Virus record (IMG/VR): IMGVR_UViG_3300042547_000074
Span: 1-62,189 of that record
Reading direction: 5' to 3' (one strand)
Length of the DNA stretch: 62,189 bases
Source of the DNA: a virus
Lineage: Duplodnaviria > Caudoviricetes
Below the pieces are notes generated by a model, which made no database searches, was not told the origin of the DNA, and worked only from the letters and a program-made list of their open reading frames with translations. A program made the position numbers and the translations under genes. The stretch's first letter is position 1, and each line of letters starts with the position of its first letter. Below, piece by piece: positions 53,283 to 61,995 of this stretch.

Positions 53283-53478
53283 CCTCTACCTCCTTCGTCT
53301 CAAAGTACGGAGCCATCAGGGTGACGATGCGCCCCGTGGCAAGTGACTTCCCTTCTACCAAATCTGGCCACCTTTTGCTCGGCCCAATTATATGGGTAAG
53401 GTAGTACAGGTAGCCATGTTTGTTAGCCCTACTCTGGTGGTAATCATCGAGCTCCGACTTCAGGCTTAGCAGTTTCAT
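53275..53478 (-). CDS. Hypothetical protein
   Basis: ATG at 53478 with GGAGG RBS; overlaps both neighbours. Confidence 0.55.
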   Translation of the reverse strand: MKLLSLKSELDDYHQSRANKHGYLYYLTHIIGPSKRWPDLVEGKSLATGRIVTLMAPYFETKEVEGG

Positions 53479-54140
53479 CCGCGCCTCCGTGGTCGCCAGT
53501 GTTCGCAGGTCTCGACGGGACACCAGCCGCACAGCCCGCTGGGGTTGGCGTTCCACACCCCGTTCTCCTTGGCCGCCTCAAGCCGGTCCAGCTGGGTCTC
53601 AAACACACCCATGTAAGTGGGTAGGTGCTGGCGGTGGTGAATCTTCTTGGGCATCTCCTGACTGACAACGTACAACAGTGCGGAGTTGATGGTCTCCACC
53701 TCGGGGTAGTGGATGAAGATAGCCCCAGCCAGCAGGTCCAGCTGCTTCATATCGGCGTACTTGGCGTTTTTACCAGTCTTGTAGTCGACCAGCCACGCCT
53801 TGCTGCCATTGACGATGAGCAAGTCAGCGATACCCCGGTACCACACGTCCTTAGCGAAGAAGCCGCAGGGCTTCATGTCGCTCGTTACGCCTATCTTGAT
53901 CTCAGCGTACTTGGTGCCATGCTTCTTCGCCAGCGGCTCAACAAAAGTTCGCATAAATGCAAACTTCTCAGGGATGGGTGTCCCCTTCGTGATAAACAAC
54001 TCAGCCGCTTCGTGAACGGCGGTCCCATAGTCAGCAGCTTCCCCCGGCTCGTCCTTGACGTCCTTAACCACCTTGAGGTGGAAGTATTTCTTCGGGCACT
54101 GCTCGAAGGTTTTGATGCTGCTATAGGACCACGCGGTCAT
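53475..54140 (-). CDS. PD-(D/E)XK (Cas4/RecB-like) exonuclease
   Basis: WSYS.....CP, GTAVH, GIAD...DYKTG, QL, C-terminal C.WC....C. Confidence 0.85.
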   Translation of the reverse strand: MTAWSYSSIKTFEQCPKKYFHLKVVKDVKDEPGEAADYGTAVHEAAELFITKGTPIPEKFAFMRTFVEPLAKKHGTKYAEIKIGVTSDMKPCGFFAKDVWYRGIADLLIVNGSKAWLVDYKTGKNAKYADMKQLDLLAGAIFIHYPEVETINSALLYVVSQEMPKKIHHRQHLPTYMGVFETQLDRLEAAKENGVWNANPSGLCGWCPVETCEHWRPRRRG

Positions 54141-54421
54141 TATTTTTTGGCTTTCGTAAAACGACCCTTGCCATCACGTGTATCATTCTTACTGGCTTCG
54201 GCCAACGCCTTCTCTAGGGCAGCGGTGTCCTTTTTAAGGTCCTGATGCATTGCCCTGAGCCTGTCTAAACTGCTACCAAGCTCGTCAATTTCGCGCTCGT
54301 TTTCTTTGTTGATGAACTCAAGCTCTTCGATATGCTTCGTTAGCCTGATGTAGGTCTGCTCAGCCGCAGCCAGCTTCGCCTTCAGTTCGTCGATTTCACC
54401 CCACGGGTTGTACCAAGCCAT
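54140..54421 (-). CDS. Coiled-coil hypothetical protein
   Basis: 93 aa; AAGGAG RBS; ends RDGKGRF.K. Confidence 0.65.
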   Translation of the reverse strand: MAWYNPWGEIDELKAKLAAAEQTYIRLTKHIEELEFINKENEREIDELGSSLDRLRAMHQDLKKDTAALEKALAEASKNDTRDGKGRFTKAKK

Positions 54422-54432
54422 AGTCTCTCTCC

Positions 54433-55158
54433 TTACCTTGCGTTGCCTTGGAGCCGGTCTGAGACCAGCTTTGCATAGCCGGCGATGTCGATCCAGCTAT
54501 CTAGGTGCGACGGGTTACCCGTCAAAATACGACCAATCTTCGTGACAATCATATCGAGAGCCTGAAGCTGGTCTGGGTATAGCTGCGTATCCTCACGCAC
54601 CATCGCATTGTGGATCACCTGCTTGAGCTTGATGGCGATGTCGGCGTTACGCATGAAGGTACCGTATTGCTCGGCCCGCTTGTTGAGGATTTTTTCAATC
54701 TGCTCTTCCGCGACTGGCTCCGGCGCTACGCGCTCTTTACCCTTACCGCTAGACAAGCTGTGAAGCAGCGCTAAGTGTTCCTCCGGCGACATGTTGGCCA
54801 GCTCGGACTTCGCTTCCGGGTAGTCACGCTCCGTCAGGGTTGCCTCTGCGTCTCTAAAGTACGCAGGCCGATCACGGTCCAGTATCTTGATCTGTTCTGC
54901 TCGGACTTTAGGGTCCAGTCCCTTAAGGTGTTCTGCGTGTTCTTTCGTAACCCGTCGCATCATCGGCGGGTGTTTGCTTACATACCTTGGGCGCACCACG
55001 TTGTCGTCGTTTTCTTCCGCCTTCTCTTCGGCCATCTGTTTCTTCAGTAGCCAGACGTAGCCCGGACTTACAGCCATGTGGTTAGTAATCTCCTTAGTGG
55101 AAAGACCCCTCCTAAGTAGTGTCTTCACGTCTTTCGCTTTGTTAGTCTTCGTCGTCAT
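54433..55158 (-). CDS. N-terminal HTH-like + C-terminal DUF6378-like domain protein
   Basis: IL..R..QYG.F...ALDMI..KIGRIL.G.P.H.DSWIDIAGYA; start moved to the ATG at 55158 after AGGAGCAAG. Confidence 0.65.
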   Translation of the reverse strand: MTTKTNKAKDVKTLLRRGLSTKEITNHMAVSPGYVWLLKKQMAEEKAEENDDNVVRPRYVSKHPPMMRRVTKEHAEHLKGLDPKVRAEQIKILDRDRPAYFRDAEATLTERDYPEAKSELANMSPEEHLALLHSLSSGKGKERVAPEPVAEEQIEKILNKRAEQYGTFMRNADIAIKLKQVIHNAMVREDTQLYPDQLQALDMIVTKIGRILTGNPSHLDSWIDIAGYAKLVSDRLQGNAR

Positions 55159-55168
55159 TTGCTTGCTC

Positions 55169-55957
55169 CTACTTGAGGTTGCCACCGGACTTTAGAATGT
55201 CACCATCGTAGGTGTACGTGCCGGTGTGGGTGAGACGGATGAACGGGTGGGCGTGGATTTTGCCGCCGTGCTTCCGCCAAAGTTCGCAAAAGTGATAATC
55301 CTCGGACAGCAACGCTCCGCTGTCGTCGATACTTGTTGCGAAAAACTCATGGGTCAGGGGCTTGGCATACTCCCCCTTCTCTGGGTCAAAGAACGACGAT
55401 ACCCGATAGGTGGGCACATGCGGAGCAAGCTCCTCAAAAACACGGCGTTTAATTAACATAAACCCTGTGCCACCGTGGCGTACCTCGATGAAGCCGTCTT
55501 CGTCTGTTTCTTGGTGGCTGTTGTCCACCATGTTGAACACAAACGCGCCAGCGTGGTCGTGCAGGTCGTCCTTACCTTCGCGCGCTGCCTTCTTGACGCT
55601 CTCCCAGTTCACTTCCTTCTTGGGGTAGATGCCGCACGCGATGTCCCTGTCTCCTGCTAGCAGCATAGCCACAGCGTTCTGATCGAAGCCAATGTCGGCG
55701 TCGATGAACATCAGGTAGTCGATCTCCTTCTCAAGGAAGACACGCGCCAGTTCGTTGCGGGCACGGGTGATGAGGCTCTCGTTGGTGATCTGGCACCAGA
55801 AGATATTCACCCCCACTTCGCGCATCTTGGCCATCGTGAAGAGCAAGCCCTGCACGTAAGCCCCAGTGCACATACCGCCGTACATGGGTGTCGCCACCAT
55901 GATGCTGGGGATTTTGTAATCTGGGTCCACCGGCTTCACTTTCATTTCGTCAGTCAC
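55169..55957 (-). CDS. GT-A fold glycosyltransferase-like protein (early copy)
   Basis: VATPMYGG, ESLITRARN, LMFIDAD, GIYPKK, GTGFMLIKR.VF, LSEDY.FC, LTH.G. Confidence 0.8.
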   Translation of the reverse strand: MTDEMKVKPVDPDYKIPSIMVATPMYGGMCTGAYVQGLLFTMAKMREVGVNIFWCQITNESLITRARNELARVFLEKEIDYLMFIDADIGFDQNAVAMLLAGDRDIACGIYPKKEVNWESVKKAAREGKDDLHDHAGAFVFNMVDNSHQETDEDGFIEVRHGGTGFMLIKRRVFEELAPHVPTYRVSSFFDPEKGEYAKPLTHEFFATSIDDSGALLSEDYHFCELWRKHGGKIHAHPFIRLTHTGTYTYDGDILKSGGNLK

Positions 55958-56139
55958 TTCGTTTGCTCCTTCTTATAGTCGTAGACCTGCCGTGCAGCGG
56001 CAGCGATGGTCACGCCAAAGTGCTTGGCGATGTCCTCAAAAGGCTTACCCTCTGCGTACATATCCCAAATCTCTTGTCGCTTTTCAGGCGTCCACCAGCC
56101 GGCAGGTTTGCGCGGGCGACTGACAATGTTTTTCGTCAC
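55954..56139 (-). CDS. Small HTH protein
   Basis: WTPEKR..I..MY.EG....DIAKHFGVT..A. Confidence 0.65.
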   Translation of the reverse strand: MTKNIVSRPRKPAGWWTPEKRQEIWDMYAEGKPFEDIAKHFGVTIAAAARQVYDYKKEQTK

Positions 56140-56801
56140 TTCTTACGCACCACAAACTGATGGCCTATGTGTACAATGTCAAGCGACTCTGCAAAGATGT
56201 TGGTGAAGACGTCCACCGCAAAGCGAGGGCGGTGCAGGATGTCTCGGCTCTCACCCCACAGGTAATCGTCGAACACCAGCAAGCCGCCCTGCTTCAGTAG
56301 CGGCCACGCCATACACGCATCGGTCAGCACATCCTTGGCGATGTGGCTGCCGTCGATGTAGATGAAGTTATAGAGGTTCTTACCGTCGATCCAGTGTGCC
56401 AGCTTGCGCCCCAGAAACTCGGTAGCCGTACTCTTGTACTTGTAGACGCGGTTGTTCTCTGCTTCTGGACCGGGGCTGGCAAACCGAGTATGGCCCCAGC
56501 TGCCCTCGCGGCTGCGGTGCTGTGCGGACTGGCAGTTAAGCGCCGCGATGATGTTGTGATCGAACCGGTCTTCGGCCCCGCTAAGCTCTCCGTTCTTATG
56601 CTCCTCACTACCTTCCCATGTATCGACGCAGTCAATCCAGTCGCCGGGGTTCATCATGTTCTCAATGATCCAGACGGCGCTACGGCCCTCGAACGAACCG
56701 ATCTCAAGGAACGATTTGCGCTCCGGTAGCAGCGTAGCAAGCTGCTCCCACACAGGGATGTTGTGGCTGAACCAGTCTTGGGTGAATTTGTATTCGGTCA
56801 T
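56136..56801 (-). CDS. Class I SAM-dependent methyltransferase (Methyltransf_24-like)
   Basis: LEIGSFEGRSA, CVDTW, FIYIDGSH, LKQGGLLVFDDY. Confidence 0.85.
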   Translation of the reverse strand: MTEYKFTQDWFSHNIPVWEQLATLLPERKSFLEIGSFEGRSAVWIIENMMNPGDWIDCVDTWEGSEEHKNGELSGAEDRFDHNIIAALNCQSAQHRSREGSWGHTRFASPGPEAENNRVYKYKSTATEFLGRKLAHWIDGKNLYNFIYIDGSHIAKDVLTDACMAWPLLKQGGLLVFDDYLWGESRDILHRPRFAVDVFTNIFAESLDIVHIGHQFVVRKK

Positions 56802-56811
56802 TTGCTCTCTC

Positions 56812-57234
56812 CTATTCTGGTACACGTTTGAAGTTAATGGTGGGGATTAGAACCACCTGCTCGACGTCCATCGGGTCGCCCCGGTCGTATCGCCCACCCG
56901 TGCTTACGGTGTGTTCAGTAGGCAGTTGAATAACGCCAAGCTGGTCGGTCCACTGCACAGCCAGAAGCGCATCCATGCTGTGACTGGTTACGTCACACAG
57001 TGCGTCGTACTTATTTTTGCCAAGCATATAGGTAGGGTATCGGCTGCGCTCGTTCTTCCTGACTTTCACCTCGACCACGCACTTGCGGTCACTGAACGAG
57101 AACATGCCATCATAGAACGCATACTCCTCGGTGGGCACCTCTGCCTCTAACCCGAACGCCCGCCCCAACTTACTCAGGACGTAGTGTTGGTTGCCGCGAT
57201 CAGCCGCGCTTTCGTATTTCGGCCTACCCGCCAT
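56812..57234 (-). CDS. PD-(D/E)XK-like nuclease-fold protein
   Basis: YD...VEVK.R motif, GGR.DRGD..D.E. Confidence 0.55.
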   Translation of the reverse strand: MAGRPKYESAADRGNQHYVLSKLGRAFGLEAEVPTEEYAFYDGMFSFSDRKCVVEVKVRKNERSRYPTYMLGKNKYDALCDVTSHSMDALLAVQWTDQLGVIQLPTEHTVSTGGRYDRGDPMDVEQVVLIPTINFKRVPE

Positions 57235-57676
57235 GATCTGCTCCTTTGTCGGTGTACTTCGCCTTCAGGACGTCATCGTAGCAATTCTGGGCTAAATGGA
57301 TTACGTCTTTCAGGAAGTCAGCTGCGATAACCCAGTCCGTCTCCTTCAGCTTGAGTAAGTCCCTACCTAAAACTTGCCCATCTTCGCCGTCCCAGCGGAA
57401 CCTGAGCTTAATCCCTTCGACTTTTTCTGCGTAGTACTTCGCATTGTACTTTGCATGGTAGGCTGGGTTTTTAGCCTTCCACTTTCGTTGGTGAGCGTTT
57501 TTACATGCCCTACATTTCCGCGCGCCGCTCGATGTATAAATAATGTTGTCCCCCTCAAAAGGGTGCCCGCGCTTACACACAAGCTTCTTCGGCCTTCCGC
57601 GCGGCCTTCCGCTCCGCCGTTTCGGTAGGGGGTCGTACCCCAGCGTGTTTTCCAAGTCTTCAATCTCACCCGCCAT
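57224..57676 (-). CDS. Zinc-binding putative DNA-binding protein
   Basis: AT-hook-like GRPRGRPK, then CKRGH....N......R.CRAC as in HNH-associated domains. Confidence 0.55.
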   Translation of the reverse strand: MAGEIEDLENTLGYDPLPKRRSGRPRGRPKKLVCKRGHPFEGDNIIYTSSGARKCRACKNAHQRKWKAKNPAYHAKYNAKYYAEKVEGIKLRFRWDGEDGQVLGRDLLKLKETDWVIAADFLKDVIHLAQNCYDDVLKAKYTDKGADHGG

Positions 57677-59480
57677 AACTCTCTCCCATCTTGCTCTCAC
57701 AGTTTAACGGCAACGCCGTTGCCCACTTCGGGCGGATACGCATACACTGCTCCACATAACTCCGGGCCTCGTCGGCTTCCTCCTGCGGTGCTACCGCCAC
57801 CACGCTATCGTGGACGGTCATAGCGACCTTGTACCTCCGGGCGATCATCAGCATCTGGTTAGCGATGACGATGCGGGCCAGTGCCTGACAAATATTCTCG
57901 ACGCACTTGCCGCCGTATATCCGCGTAGGGATAACCGCTCGGCCCTTCTTGGTGTCGTAGACTAGCTCCTGCCTATTGTTGTCTTTCAGTTCGAAGCGCA
58001 GGTTAGGGTAGCGAAGACGCAACAGGTTGGGCAGCACGATACCCTCGATGACATCCAGCTTCATACCTTCGCCCAGCGTGGTGGGGTTACCGACTACCAA
58101 GGACTCCAGCGCGTCACCTGTATTGTCCCACAGCTTAGGTATGTAGGGGTAGGTCTCCCGATACACCGAGATGATGTGCTCACACTCCCCTAGCTCCAGC
58201 GTCACACCAAACGTCTTCAACTGCGCCTGAAACTTCTTGGCCCCCATGCCGTAGCCTGCACCAAGGATGGTAGTCTTACCCACGAACCGCTGGTCAGCCG
58301 TGACCTCGTCAATAGGCACACCATAGATGGATGACGCCATGATGCGGTACACATCCTCGCCCTTGTCGAACGCCTCGACCAAGTCCCACTGCCCAGCCAG
58401 CCACGCCAAGGTGCGCGCTTCGATCTGGCTGGAGTCGCAGTCGATAACCACGTAGCCGGGAGGTGCCTTGATGGCCTTCTTCAGCGGTGACTTGCGCGGC
58501 AGGTTCTGGAGGTTGACCTTGTCGTCGCCGCCGAACCGCCCAGTGTGAGCTGCGTAGTAGCGTAGGGGGACAGGCAGCAGACCGCGCTCAGCGATACGGA
58601 TAAACCGCTCCGTCCTTGTCTCTTCAAGAGTGCTCTTCACCCCTAGCCGCGCAGCGACAATGGCCTGCACCTGATCGTTCTCATGGTCCAACAGTGCCTT
58701 GAACGCCTCATCATTCTTGGCAAAAGCGTAGGTCTTCTTGCCCGTTGTCGGGCTGATCTTCTTAGGTGGGACAACACCATGGGAGGTTAGCAATTCTGCT
58801 AACTTAGGATTGCTCATCAGCTCAGCCCTGTCGTAGTTGAGCTTGTCCATGAGCGTTTCTTTATGCGCTTGCACTGACCCAAGATGCGCTTCCAGCGCCG
58901 CCTTGTCCAAGGTTAGCACCGGCTCGGTGAACATACGCATGGTCAGATCGATGAGCTGAAGCTCCTCCTTGGGGAACCCCTCCAGCAGTTTCATCGCCAG
59001 CTTGTACGTCAGCTCAGTGTCGTTGATGCAGTAATCCCCGTAGGCCGCCAGCTCTTCCGGCGTGAAGTCCAGCCGGCGCTTACCCAGCGCGTTGATGACC
59101 TCGGTACCCTTGACGCCCAGCCCGTACCGCTCGGCCAGCTTAGCTAGGCTGTTACCCGCATCAGGCCCGTCGATGGCCCGTGCCATAGACAGCGTATCCA
59201 CAATGCGCTTGGGTCGGATGTCGAACCGCCAGTTCAGGATAGCCATGTCGAACATCGCGTTGTGGGCGATGGCGATGCCGTTGGCCCAGTCGAACCTGTC
59301 CAGCCAAGCCTTGGTCTGCTTACGGGTGCCGGAGAACCACTGCGCCGGCTCGTCGTCCACCTTTACGGATACACCGATAGCCTCAAAGCGCGAGTCACGA
59401 ACATACTCCTCGGTAGTTACCTTGGAGAGACTGTACTGCTGGCTGTAATAGGTTTCGAAATCCACCGTCAGTATGGTCAC
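57666..59480 (-). CDS. polA: Family A DNA polymerase with 3'-5' exonuclease
   Basis: Exo I DFET, HNAMFD, YCINDT; HTGRFGG...NLQN; motif A DSSQIEAR, motif B R..GKTTILGAGYG, motif C VHDS; probable GTG start at 59480. Confidence 0.92.
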   Translation of the reverse strand: MTILTVDFETYYSQQYSLSKVTTEEYVRDSRFEAIGVSVKVDDEPAQWFSGTRKQTKAWLDRFDWANGIAIAHNAMFDMAILNWRFDIRPKRIVDTLSMARAIDGPDAGNSLAKLAERYGLGVKGTEVINALGKRRLDFTPEELAAYGDYCINDTELTYKLAMKLLEGFPKEELQLIDLTMRMFTEPVLTLDKAALEAHLGSVQAHKETLMDKLNYDRAELMSNPKLAELLTSHGVVPPKKISPTTGKKTYAFAKNDEAFKALLDHENDQVQAIVAARLGVKSTLEETRTERFIRIAERGLLPVPLRYYAAHTGRFGGDDKVNLQNLPRKSPLKKAIKAPPGYVVIDCDSSQIEARTLAWLAGQWDLVEAFDKGEDVYRIMASSIYGVPIDEVTADQRFVGKTTILGAGYGMGAKKFQAQLKTFGVTLELGECEHIISVYRETYPYIPKLWDNTGDALESLVVGNPTTLGEGMKLDVIEGIVLPNLLRLRYPNLRFELKDNNRQELVYDTKKGRAVIPTRIYGGKCVENICQALARIVIANQMLMIARRYKVAMTVHDSVVAVAPQEEADEARSYVEQCMRIRPKWATALPLNCESKMGESYGG

Positions 59481-59650
59481 TGCGTTTTTTCCCTCAATGT
59501 CGATGCCTTTGCCTGCCACAGGTGCGCCTTGGCCCGCTCGGACAGCACCACTGGTCTCATTGCCCCGTCAGGGTAGCGCCAGTAGAACCGCCGATTGTGG
59601 ATGACTACCCGTGCATTTGCGCTAAGGCGGCGTTTGATTTTTGTAGCCAT
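59477..59650 (-). CDS. Small basic hypothetical protein
   Basis: ATG at 59650 with AAGGTG RBS; stop overlaps the polymerase start. Confidence 0.5.
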   Translation of the reverse strand: MATKIKRRLSANARVVIHNRRFYWRYPDGAMRPVVLSERAKAHLWQAKASTLREKTQ

Positions 59651-59832
59651 GTATTCACCTTCTGAAATGCGCCTAGCTCGTCCACGGCTGCAATTATGCT
59701 GCGCGATGTGTACACAGGGGGCCTTTTCTCCCCCTCTGGATGCACGGCAACGATGGTCCACCGGCCTTCCTGCTTAGTGAAGTAGACGTAGAAGAAGGGC
59801 TCGTTCTCGCTAGGGTATCGTGCGGGTTGCAT
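59605..59832 (-). CDS. Hypothetical protein
   Basis: ATG at 59832 downstream of GGAGG, in frame with ORF 59605-59889. Confidence 0.45.
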   Translation of the reverse strand: MQPARYPSENEPFFYVYFTKQEGRWTIVAVHPEGEKRPPVYTSRSIIAAVDELGAFQKVNTWLQKSNAALAQMHG

Positions 59833-59956
59833 ATCGGCTGTTGACCTCCCCTTGTCTCTGCTCAACCTCGAAAACAGCGGCGTCGACAATCACCATCCAA
59901 CTAAGGATGACGACAACGGCGGCCACCACGCTCCAAGTCACTAACCTTACTATCAT
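59810..59956 (-). CDS. Small membrane protein (48 aa, not in ORF track)
   Basis: MIVRLVTWSVVAAVVVILSWMVIVDAAVFEVEQRQ...; fills the gap. Confidence 0.4.
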   Translation of the reverse strand: MIVRLVTWSVVAAVVVILSWMVIVDAAVFEVEQRQGEVNSRYATRTIP

Positions 59957-59972
59957 CGTAGCTTCCCGACTC

Positions 59973-60356
59973 TCACTCGTTTTCCTCTAAAGTCAGCGCG
60001 TCGGGCATCAGCTTGATGATGCGCTGCACTTCCATCACAGCTTCAGCGTAAGCTACCTTAACGGCGCGGATGCGCGCCATCGCATGGGTCATCTGCTCTT
60101 CAATGCTAAGGGAAGTCGTCTTGCTTAACTCAAGTCCGAACAAATCCAACAATTCCTTCACTTCATGTAGGGTCTTGCGCCCGAAGTTAGGGATGCGAAG
60201 AAGTTCTGATTCCGACTTGATTACAAGGTCACGAAGGGTGCGGATGCCCTCATCGAAAAAGCAGTTGAGCGCGCGCACGGAAAACTCCAGCTCCTCCACT
60301 CGAACGTCCAACGGGTCACGGTCACCCAGTATCTTTTTAAGCCACAAATCCATCAC
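59973..60356 (-). CDS. Stand-alone RNA polymerase alpha subunit C-terminal domain homologue
   Basis: VEELEFSVRALNC...GIRTLRDLV.KSESELLRIPNFGRKTLHEVKELL..GL.L matches the RpoA CTD pattern. Confidence 0.9.
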   Translation of the reverse strand: MMDLWLKKILGDRDPLDVRVEELEFSVRALNCFFDEGIRTLRDLVIKSESELLRIPNFGRKTLHEVKELLDLFGLELSKTTSLSIEEQMTHAMARIRAVKVAYAEAVMEVQRIIKLMPDALTLEENE

Positions 60357-60655
60357 TCACCTCCTTTAAGCTTCCTGATTATGTCGCGCGTCGAGTCCCA
60401 GTTCTCTTCGTTCACGACAACGGCTACGCCGCCTGCGCTACGTATCTGCTCGATCTCATGCACCTGAAGCGCGGTTGGTTTGTTCGTGCCTGCCTTGCAC
60501 TCGATAGCCAGAAACTTCCCCGCCACGCAGCAGATGACATCGGGAACACCGCTCCGTCCGTATCCATGCGTAGCAGGGAAGAAGTAGTAGATACCCTCCT
60601 CGCGGAGAATTTTGACTACCTTGGCTTTGACCTTGCCTTCAGGGGTAAGTGCCAT
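60353..60655 (-). CDS. VRR-NUC domain nuclease
   Basis: E..V....., GVPD....G.FLAIECKA....PTALQ.......GG.A.VV. Confidence 0.88.
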   Translation of the reverse strand: MALTPEGKVKAKVVKILREEGIYYFFPATHGYGRSGVPDVICCVAGKFLAIECKAGTNKPTALQVHEIEQIRSAGGVAVVVNEENWDSTRDIIRKLKGGE

Positions 60656-60676
60656 CGTTTGCTCCTTGGGGAATCG

Positions 60677-60704
60677 ACGATACCAAACCCAGAGACAATG
60701 TCAA
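60677..60704 (-). promoter_or_regulatory. sigma70-type promoter
   Basis: TTGACA-N16-TATCGT upstream of the VRR-NUC gene. Confidence 0.55.
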
Positions 60705-60705
60705 G

Positions 60706-61557
60706 TTAGTCGAGCAAGAAAAACGTCTCTCGGTCTACGCGCATACCGACACCGGCAACGAACGCCTTATCTTCCATGAGCTTCAGCATACCCAAGGTCG
60801 CGCGCTGCTTCTCGGTCAGGTCATCGAAGGTAACAACACGGGATGGTTTGTCGTGCTGACTAATCACCATTTGGTCACCGCGCATAAACAGGGTCGCGCT
60901 TCCGTCACTCGTGAGCGCCCGGTACGCCTTGTCCGTAGCCTCACGATGCTCACGCAATTCACGCAGGTCGATGTGGTCACAGCCAGTGGTGTATGTCTTG
61001 AGTGTCTCCCAGTTGGCTTCGATGTACGCTGCAAGGGATTCGGTCGCCTTGCTCTTGGCACGATGATACGTGTGACTAGCGTTGTTGTACGTAGTGGAGA
61101 GGGTGGCGCTAATCTTCTTGGCTGCATCCACGGCCAGCTCGTCGAGTGACTTCACACCGAACGAGTCCAGTACCTTCTTAGTGGCAACGCCTACCTTGGT
61201 GCTGAAGCTGCCGCTACCACGCTGCCTGCCTGCTTCCACACGGTGATTGTTTAGGTAGTAGCGGGTCTCACCCGTGCGGTAGTGGCGCTCAACCCACACA
61301 CGGCCAAGCTCCTCGTTGCCATCGTACACGTCGAAGTTACGCAGCTCTTGCCCCTCATTGTCGTAGACACGCTCGGTACTCTTGAACCGCCATGTCGGGC
61401 GCTTCACCCGCAAGGCGTCAATGAACCGGGCCATAGAAGGAGCCACCACAGCGGTGCCCTCCTTGCCGTAGCTGCTCCAGTTTTTCTGAACCTCCAGCAC
61501 CACAGAGGTGCCACCCATCGGGTAGAAGTAGTCGTTCTTGATGTCGTCCATGAACAT
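60706..61557 (-). CDS. Hypothetical protein
   Basis: 283 aa; AAGGAGCAAG RBS; ends LGMLKL.ED..FV.GVG.R. Confidence 0.75.
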   Translation of the reverse strand: MFMDDIKNDYFYPMGGTSVVLEVQKNWSSYGKEGTAVVAPSMARFIDALRVKRPTWRFKSTERVYDNEGQELRNFDVYDGNEELGRVWVERHYRTGETRYYLNNHRVEAGRQRGSGSFSTKVGVATKKVLDSFGVKSLDELAVDAAKKISATLSTTYNNASHTYHRAKSKATESLAAYIEANWETLKTYTTGCDHIDLRELREHREATDKAYRALTSDGSATLFMRGDQMVISQHDKPSRVVTFDDLTEKQRATLGMLKLMEDKAFVAGVGMRVDRETFFLLD

Positions 61558-61568
61558 GTGCTTGCTCC

Positions 61569-61763
61569 TTAGTTGCTATCCCAGTGGTGATAACCCTCAC
61601 CACGTCCCTTGTCGTAGGCGTCCTCGCGCTCTTCGTCGGCGCGTTCCACCAACACCATCGCAAGGTCGTGCCAGTTCACCTCGTCGTTGGTGCCATAGTT
61701 CACCCACCGCTTGAGTGCTGCCCAGTCGAGGGTGCGGAAGTAGGTGCGATCTTTCTTAGCCAT
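61569..61763 (-). CDS. Hypothetical protein
   Basis: 64 aa; AAGGAGCAGA RBS. Confidence 0.65.
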   Translation of the reverse strand: MAKKDRTYFRTLDWAALKRWVNYGTNDEVNWHDLAMVLVERADEEREDAYDKGRGEGYHHWDSN

Positions 61764-61959
61764 TGGTCTGCTCCTTCTTGGTTAGGCCCAGCGCATACAG
61801 GCGCTGGCGCAGGTGGTTGGGGCTGAAGCCCCACAGGCCAAGCACGTCACGGCCATACGCCGCACACTCTCGGTTAAGCTCCTCTTCAAGAGCGCGCAGC
61901 TTGGACTTGCTCTCGTCGTACTCACGCAGCAGCGTGAACACCTTGGGTTCGTCGGTCAT
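61756..61959 (-). CDS. Hypothetical protein
   Basis: 67 aa; AAGGAGCAAG RBS. Confidence 0.65.
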   Translation of the reverse strand: MTDEPKVFTLLREYDESKSKLRALEEELNRECAAYGRDVLGLWGFSPNHLRQRLYALGLTKKEQTNG

Positions 61960-61969
61960 TGGCTTGCTC

Positions 61970-61993
61970 CTTATCCGAACTGGTTTGGATAAC
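61970..61993. promoter_or_regulatory. 24-bp palindromic element, copy 6
   Basis: CTTATCCGAACTGGTTTGGATAAC, overlapping the RBS of 61756-61959. Confidence 0.75.
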
Positions 61994-61995
61994 TC

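Noticed and set aside
53475-54140. Cas4-like gene as part of a CRISPR-Cas system
   Set aside because: It is a stand-alone PD-(D/E)XK exonuclease in a typical phage replication module, with no cas1/cas2 or array.
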